Origin: Geosiphon pyriformis uo1 | Taxonomy: Eukaryota > Fungi > Glomeromycota | Assembly: GCA_016748015.1 (NCBI GenBank) | Contig: JAAOMT010000484.1 | Location: 133,443 to 197,442, forward strand | Direction of reading: 5' to 3' | Length of the DNA stretch: 64,000 nucleotides | Shown: piece by piece, positions 59,440 through 64,000 of the stretch | Position numbering within the stretch: the stretch's first letter is position 1 | Layout: each line of letters starts with the position of its first letter | Program-made: the position numbers and the translations under genes | The notes under the pieces: generated by a model | Seen by the model: the letters and a program-made list of their open reading frames with translations, nothing else | Databases searched by the model: none | What the model was told of the DNA's origin: nothing

Positions 59440-61513
59440 CCTACCACTACTTCTACTACTACTACTGCTTCACAAATGGCTATTAAAGCCAAAAATTCCT
59501 AAAAACAGCAGCAGACAGTTGCAATTGCTATGGTGACACTGAATCCCTTTGTGGTTTCAGATGAGATCTTGGGTAAGATCTCCATAACAGCAACTAGCCC
59601 TCTTCCTGATATGAATAGCAATAGCAACGGCTCAACTCCTAATACAAAGCAAGATCAACCACTGGTTGTGTTGCCTGATGTGGTAATCTCTGGTAGATCA
59701 TCTCCTGCCACAGAAGCAAAACAGCCCATCATCTTAGATGATCTCAAAGATTGGGCTGATCAGATGGAAATGGAATCATCTACTCCTCCCCCAGTTTCTG
59801 GTGTTGCTAATGGTAGTGCTTGGATGAATGTGAATGGTTGACAGAGATTCTCTGGGTGGGTGGCCTCCACTCTTGTGCCTGGTGCCACATTTAAGATCAA
59901 GATGGCTCTTCTTAGTTCCTTGTTTCAGCTGCTGCCTGGTTGTATTGGGCTTAAGTCGGTTTCACGAAATGCTGTTAAGTTGTTCTGTGTGGAATTTGCA
60001 TCTCAGGAGAGTCTAACTGGTATCACCAAAGTGGCCATTGGTAATGAGATTTTTCTGACCACTCTTAAAATTGCACAATCTTCTGGTGTGGTCTCTGTTT
60101 CTTCTCCTTCTCTGTCAGTTACACTGCATGATGTACCTTTGGGTATCTCTTCTAATGACATCAAAACTGCTCTTGGCATTTTTGGTGTTGTCACATCTGT
60201 TAAGTTAAAGCCTGCTAGCTTATAGCAATATGCTGTGGTTAATTTTAAGAACACTTCTTCTGCTACTACTGCTCTCTCTCACTGGTCTGTTTTGGTTAGA
60301 AAAGACAGTGTTAGGATTCTTCCCATTGCCAACCAAAAGAAGATTATCTTCTCAAGAGATGCTTTCAAAGCTAAACTGGTCAATCTTCCATTTGGCTGCA
60401 CTGCATTTGAAATAAGTGATCTGGTATCCCAAGTTGGTGGCTGTACATGTTTCATTCCCCACTCCCCTGATTTCTATTGATGTCAACACTTTGCTGTGGT
60501 GACATTTGGTTTCTTGAAATCTTTAAATAATGCTGTTTCAAAAACTGGTACTTTACGTAACTGCCACATCTGGTGGGAAACTTCTGGATGTTGTCACTGC
60601 TACAGATGTCAAGGTTTGGATCATTTGGCTGCAAACTGCAAGATGTTGCCACCTTTCTCTTTCAAAGTTTCTTCCAACTCTGCTAGTGGTTCCAATAATT
60701 TCAAGTCATCCTTTGTTAGAGCTAAATTCTATGCCAAAGCTGCTACCTCTGTGGTTCCTTCTGTTGCTGTTGCTGCAGATATGTATCTGGCTTTTGGTGC
60801 TCCCCCCAAAAGTGCTGTGCCTCTGGTGCCTGTTGTCTCTTCTGGTTCAGATGTTGTTGTTAATGCTAGATTGGCTTCTTTGGAAATCCAACTTAGTGAA
60901 CTGTTTTTGTTGATTAAATTTATAGTTGAGCCTGTGGGTTTTTTGGTTGTGTTGGTTACTAAATTATTGTCTACTCTGCCTGTTATGGCAGAGACAATAA
61001 AAGAAAGTGTAATTGGACTGGGAAACCAAATTGATGCTGTTTGTGCTGTGGCTTCTGTGCTGCAAAAGAAAGTGGGAGCCATCAAGTTGAGGAGTGGGAA
61101 GGTCTACTTTAACATATCTGATGATGAAGACATGGATGACAATGATGATGATAATAATGATGTTAAGGATTTTTCAGTCTATGATAACACATTTGGTGTG
61201 ATGATGGAATTATGAGAGGGTCAATTCTCTAAGATCAAATCTGATCCTGATCAGACTGCTAAGTGGATGAGTAGTCTTGTTAAGAATAGTCATAAGCTTG
61301 TATGTATTATGGATAAGATGTATAAATTGAATATGTTTAATACAATAGGTAGCAAAGGTAGTACTAGCATGTAGTTAAGGCTTTCTGCTTGTGGTTAGCT
61401 GCATCTTGTGATTTTTGTATTATTGGGTAAGCTGGCTTTATGAAACCACCATATTACTGTGGACTTAACTAATAAATGACCAGCATGGCTACATGTTAAC
61501 AAAAAAAAAAAAA
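59440..61513 (+). mobile_element. ORF1-only element H9, 5' part displaced by the LINE insertion
   Basis: Starts in the Thr-repeat region, stop at 61374, poly(A) at 61501-61513. Confidence 0.9.
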
Positions 61514-62556
61514 TGAATAACTTGCTGAATACTCCACTTAGATGAATTTGACTATGATATTCAACACTACAAAGAAGCAAATCATCAAAATACCAATGTT
61601 CTTTCTAGACTTACCATCCAGTAACAGTAAAATTTCTTAAACCAAACCAACTTTATTATTAGTAACTCCTTTACAAACAAACACAATAATAGACTTGGAC
61701 AACTATTCTGCCTTAATGGAATTTTTGGGTAAAGAACAATACCCACCAGAATACACTTGACAGCAAAAAAAACATTTGTGCAAACAATTAAATTTCTATT
61801 TGATCTGTTAAAACCAGTTATATAAAAGAAACAAAAAAGATTTTGACTGCTTCCAAAGAGTTATCAGATTTAAAGAAAAAGAAATTGGAATATATAACAT
61901 GCACATTGACCCATTAGCTAAACACTTTGAAAAAACAAAGACAATTCAGAAAACTTTAGTCTGCTATTATTGGTCTATCTTGGAAAAAGACATTGCTGAA
62001 TACATCAAAACCTGTGACATCTGCCAAAGAAGAGGCAAACCCAATTGCAAAAAATATATTCATCTAATCTCTGTTGGTCAACCATTTGACAGAATTGGTA
62101 TAGATGTTGTTGGACCTTTAACAATAACTCCTGATGACAACAGATATATTATCACAGCTACTGACTATTTTACAAAGTGGATAGAAGCAAGAGCCACTTC
62201 TGACCAAACAGCAGTCTCAATAGCCAATTTCATTTATGAAGATATCATTTGCCATCATGGCTGCCCCAAAGAACTTTTATCTGATAGAGGAAGAGCTTTT
62301 TTCAGTACACTGGTTGAAGAACTTTGTAGAAAAATGGGAATACATTATAAACTTTCCTCTCCTTATTACCTTCAAACAAATGGTCTAGTAGAACGTTTCA
62401 ACAGAACACTATGTGAAACCCTAGCCAAAACCAGTGAAAAAACAAACTTATGGGACAAAGTACTGTCTTCAGCTTTGTTTGCTTATAGAACTGTGAATCA
62501 TGACATAATAAGTTATAAATCTTTTTATCTGCTCGATAGACACATGGCAATACTAC
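61514..62556 (+). pseudogene. pol: Family A RNase H end and integrase (possibly the continuation of A3)
   Basis: ORF 61899-62582 with CDICQ, IGIDVVGP, SDRG and VERFNRTL. Confidence 0.9.
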
Positions 62557-64000
62557 TGTTACAGGTTGGAGTAACAAGCTAACAGATAGCAAGGGAAAAC
62601 AGAATTGTAGGGTAATGGAAATAATCAAAGGGAATTCAACTTCAAAGAGTGAATTGAATAAGTATGGATTCAATGTGTGAGATCAGTCTCATAAAATATC
62701 TCAGTTGCTATTCATTTCAAAAGGTAACTGAGAAATCTGAAGGTAAAGGGATAGTCTGTACTATCAACAAATGAACATACTTGGTATAATTCTATGCCTC
62801 ACATTGGTGCTCTTAGAATTCAATATCAAGTATTAGATGTGCTCTTCAGTCACGTTTTTATTCAATAATCTTCAAATGTTACACTTATACGTTTCAGAAA
62901 AAGGGTAAGAATTAACCAACAAGTAATCTTTTATCTTAAGATATTTAGATACTTGAAGGTAGGAAAAAGAAAATTAGCAATAAAAGAGTGATTGAGATGA
63001 AAGTTGTTATTTTATTTATTCTTGATTATTTTGAACATATTTTTCTACAGATAAGAGATTTATCACTTATATAGTTGTCAAAAGTGGTCAATGATCAGGT
63101 CAATGATTAGGTTATTAATCAGGTCAATGATCAGGTTAATAATCAGATCAATGGTCAAGTCATTGATCAGGTCAATGATCACTATCTAAAAATAGAGTGG
63201 CTAATTTATATAACATCAGTGGCTAATACATGTAATAATTAATAAGAAGTATAAGTTTCAACCATAACATCATTCTCTCCAAAGAGATTGAGCTCCAGCA
63301 AAATCAAGCTATTTATGGGGTAATCAATTTGAAGAGTTTTATTTAACTCAAAGCTAACTAGTTTGTTGAAGTCTTTTGTAGATAAGGTATATAACACTTG
63401 AGGCAAAATGAGTTTTGTATTCAAGAGACCAAATCTTTGTATTAGAGTTTTGGCTCTTTTAGCAATAGTTAAAACTCTTGAAACATCTAATCATATAATG
63501 CCCAAAATTTCTGTCTGTATTTCTGAAGTTGTTTTCTTCATGAGTTTCATATCCTCTATAATTTCACCAAGGCAACCATAGAGTTCTAATTGCCTTCCAT
63601 ATGACAAGTTTTTGTCTATGGGTAAGATTTCTTGGAGTGTTTTTCCAATTGTGTTGGAAGGTGAGAGTATAGTTGCTGTTATGCTTTCCAACAGATATTT
63701 ATCCATTTTATTACCAATTCTTTCTCTTTTAGTAGTAGTTTTCTTTGGTCTAATAACAGTATGTGTTCTACTGTTATCAGTTATGATGGTTTATTTTCCA
63801 ATGATCAAAGTAGCATTTGAATAGTTTTTGATCCAATACTCATGGAGAGTATAGAAGGTGTTTTAAATGTTTTGATCCAGAAAATAATTGTTCATGTTGA
63901 TTGAAGATACCTCTGTTTTGGGAATGGTGCATTTATTTATACTTGATTTTTGTTGATCATTTGAACCAATCAGGTCGTTTATGATATTTCTTGAGTCATG
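62557..64000 (-). mobile_element. Family A copy A5: 3' LTR 62557-63269, PPT, ORF3, end of integrase (continues beyond the window)
   Basis: LTR termini and ORF3 fragments at 63239-63424 and 63491-63706. Confidence 0.92.

Overview
The whole window is an AT-rich, CpG-depleted nest of eukaryotic retrotransposons, with no host gene, RNA gene or CRISPR array detected. The protein style suggests a glomeromycotan fungus (Geosiphon-like); this is an inference, not a search result. Contents: (i) Ty3/Gypsy family 'A' (LTRs of about 630-715 bp, TGTTA..TAACA, 4-bp TSD, elongator tRNA-Met PBS, gag / -1 frameshift / PR-RT-RH-IN / extra ORF3), as four large copies, several fragments and three solo LTRs. (ii) Fragments of four other LTR families (B, C, D with a dUTPase, E). 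(iii) One decayed APE-RT-RNase H LINE. (iv) Nine copies of a 2.4-kb poly(A)-tailed, TSD-flanked element 'H' that encodes only an ORF1-like protein (RRM-like domains, CCHC knuckle, coiled coil, poly-Asp), i.e. a non-autonomous half-LINE. Nearly all ORFs are broken by C>T/G>A changes. The main leads are the ORF1-only retroelement with a variable 5' oligo(A), two conserved LTR boxes (one in a covarying hairpin loop) complementary to the anticodon arm of the primer tRNA-Met, and an uncharacterised post-integrase ORF family shared by three divergent Gypsy lineages. Two 20-N gaps with flanking duplications are assembly artefacts.
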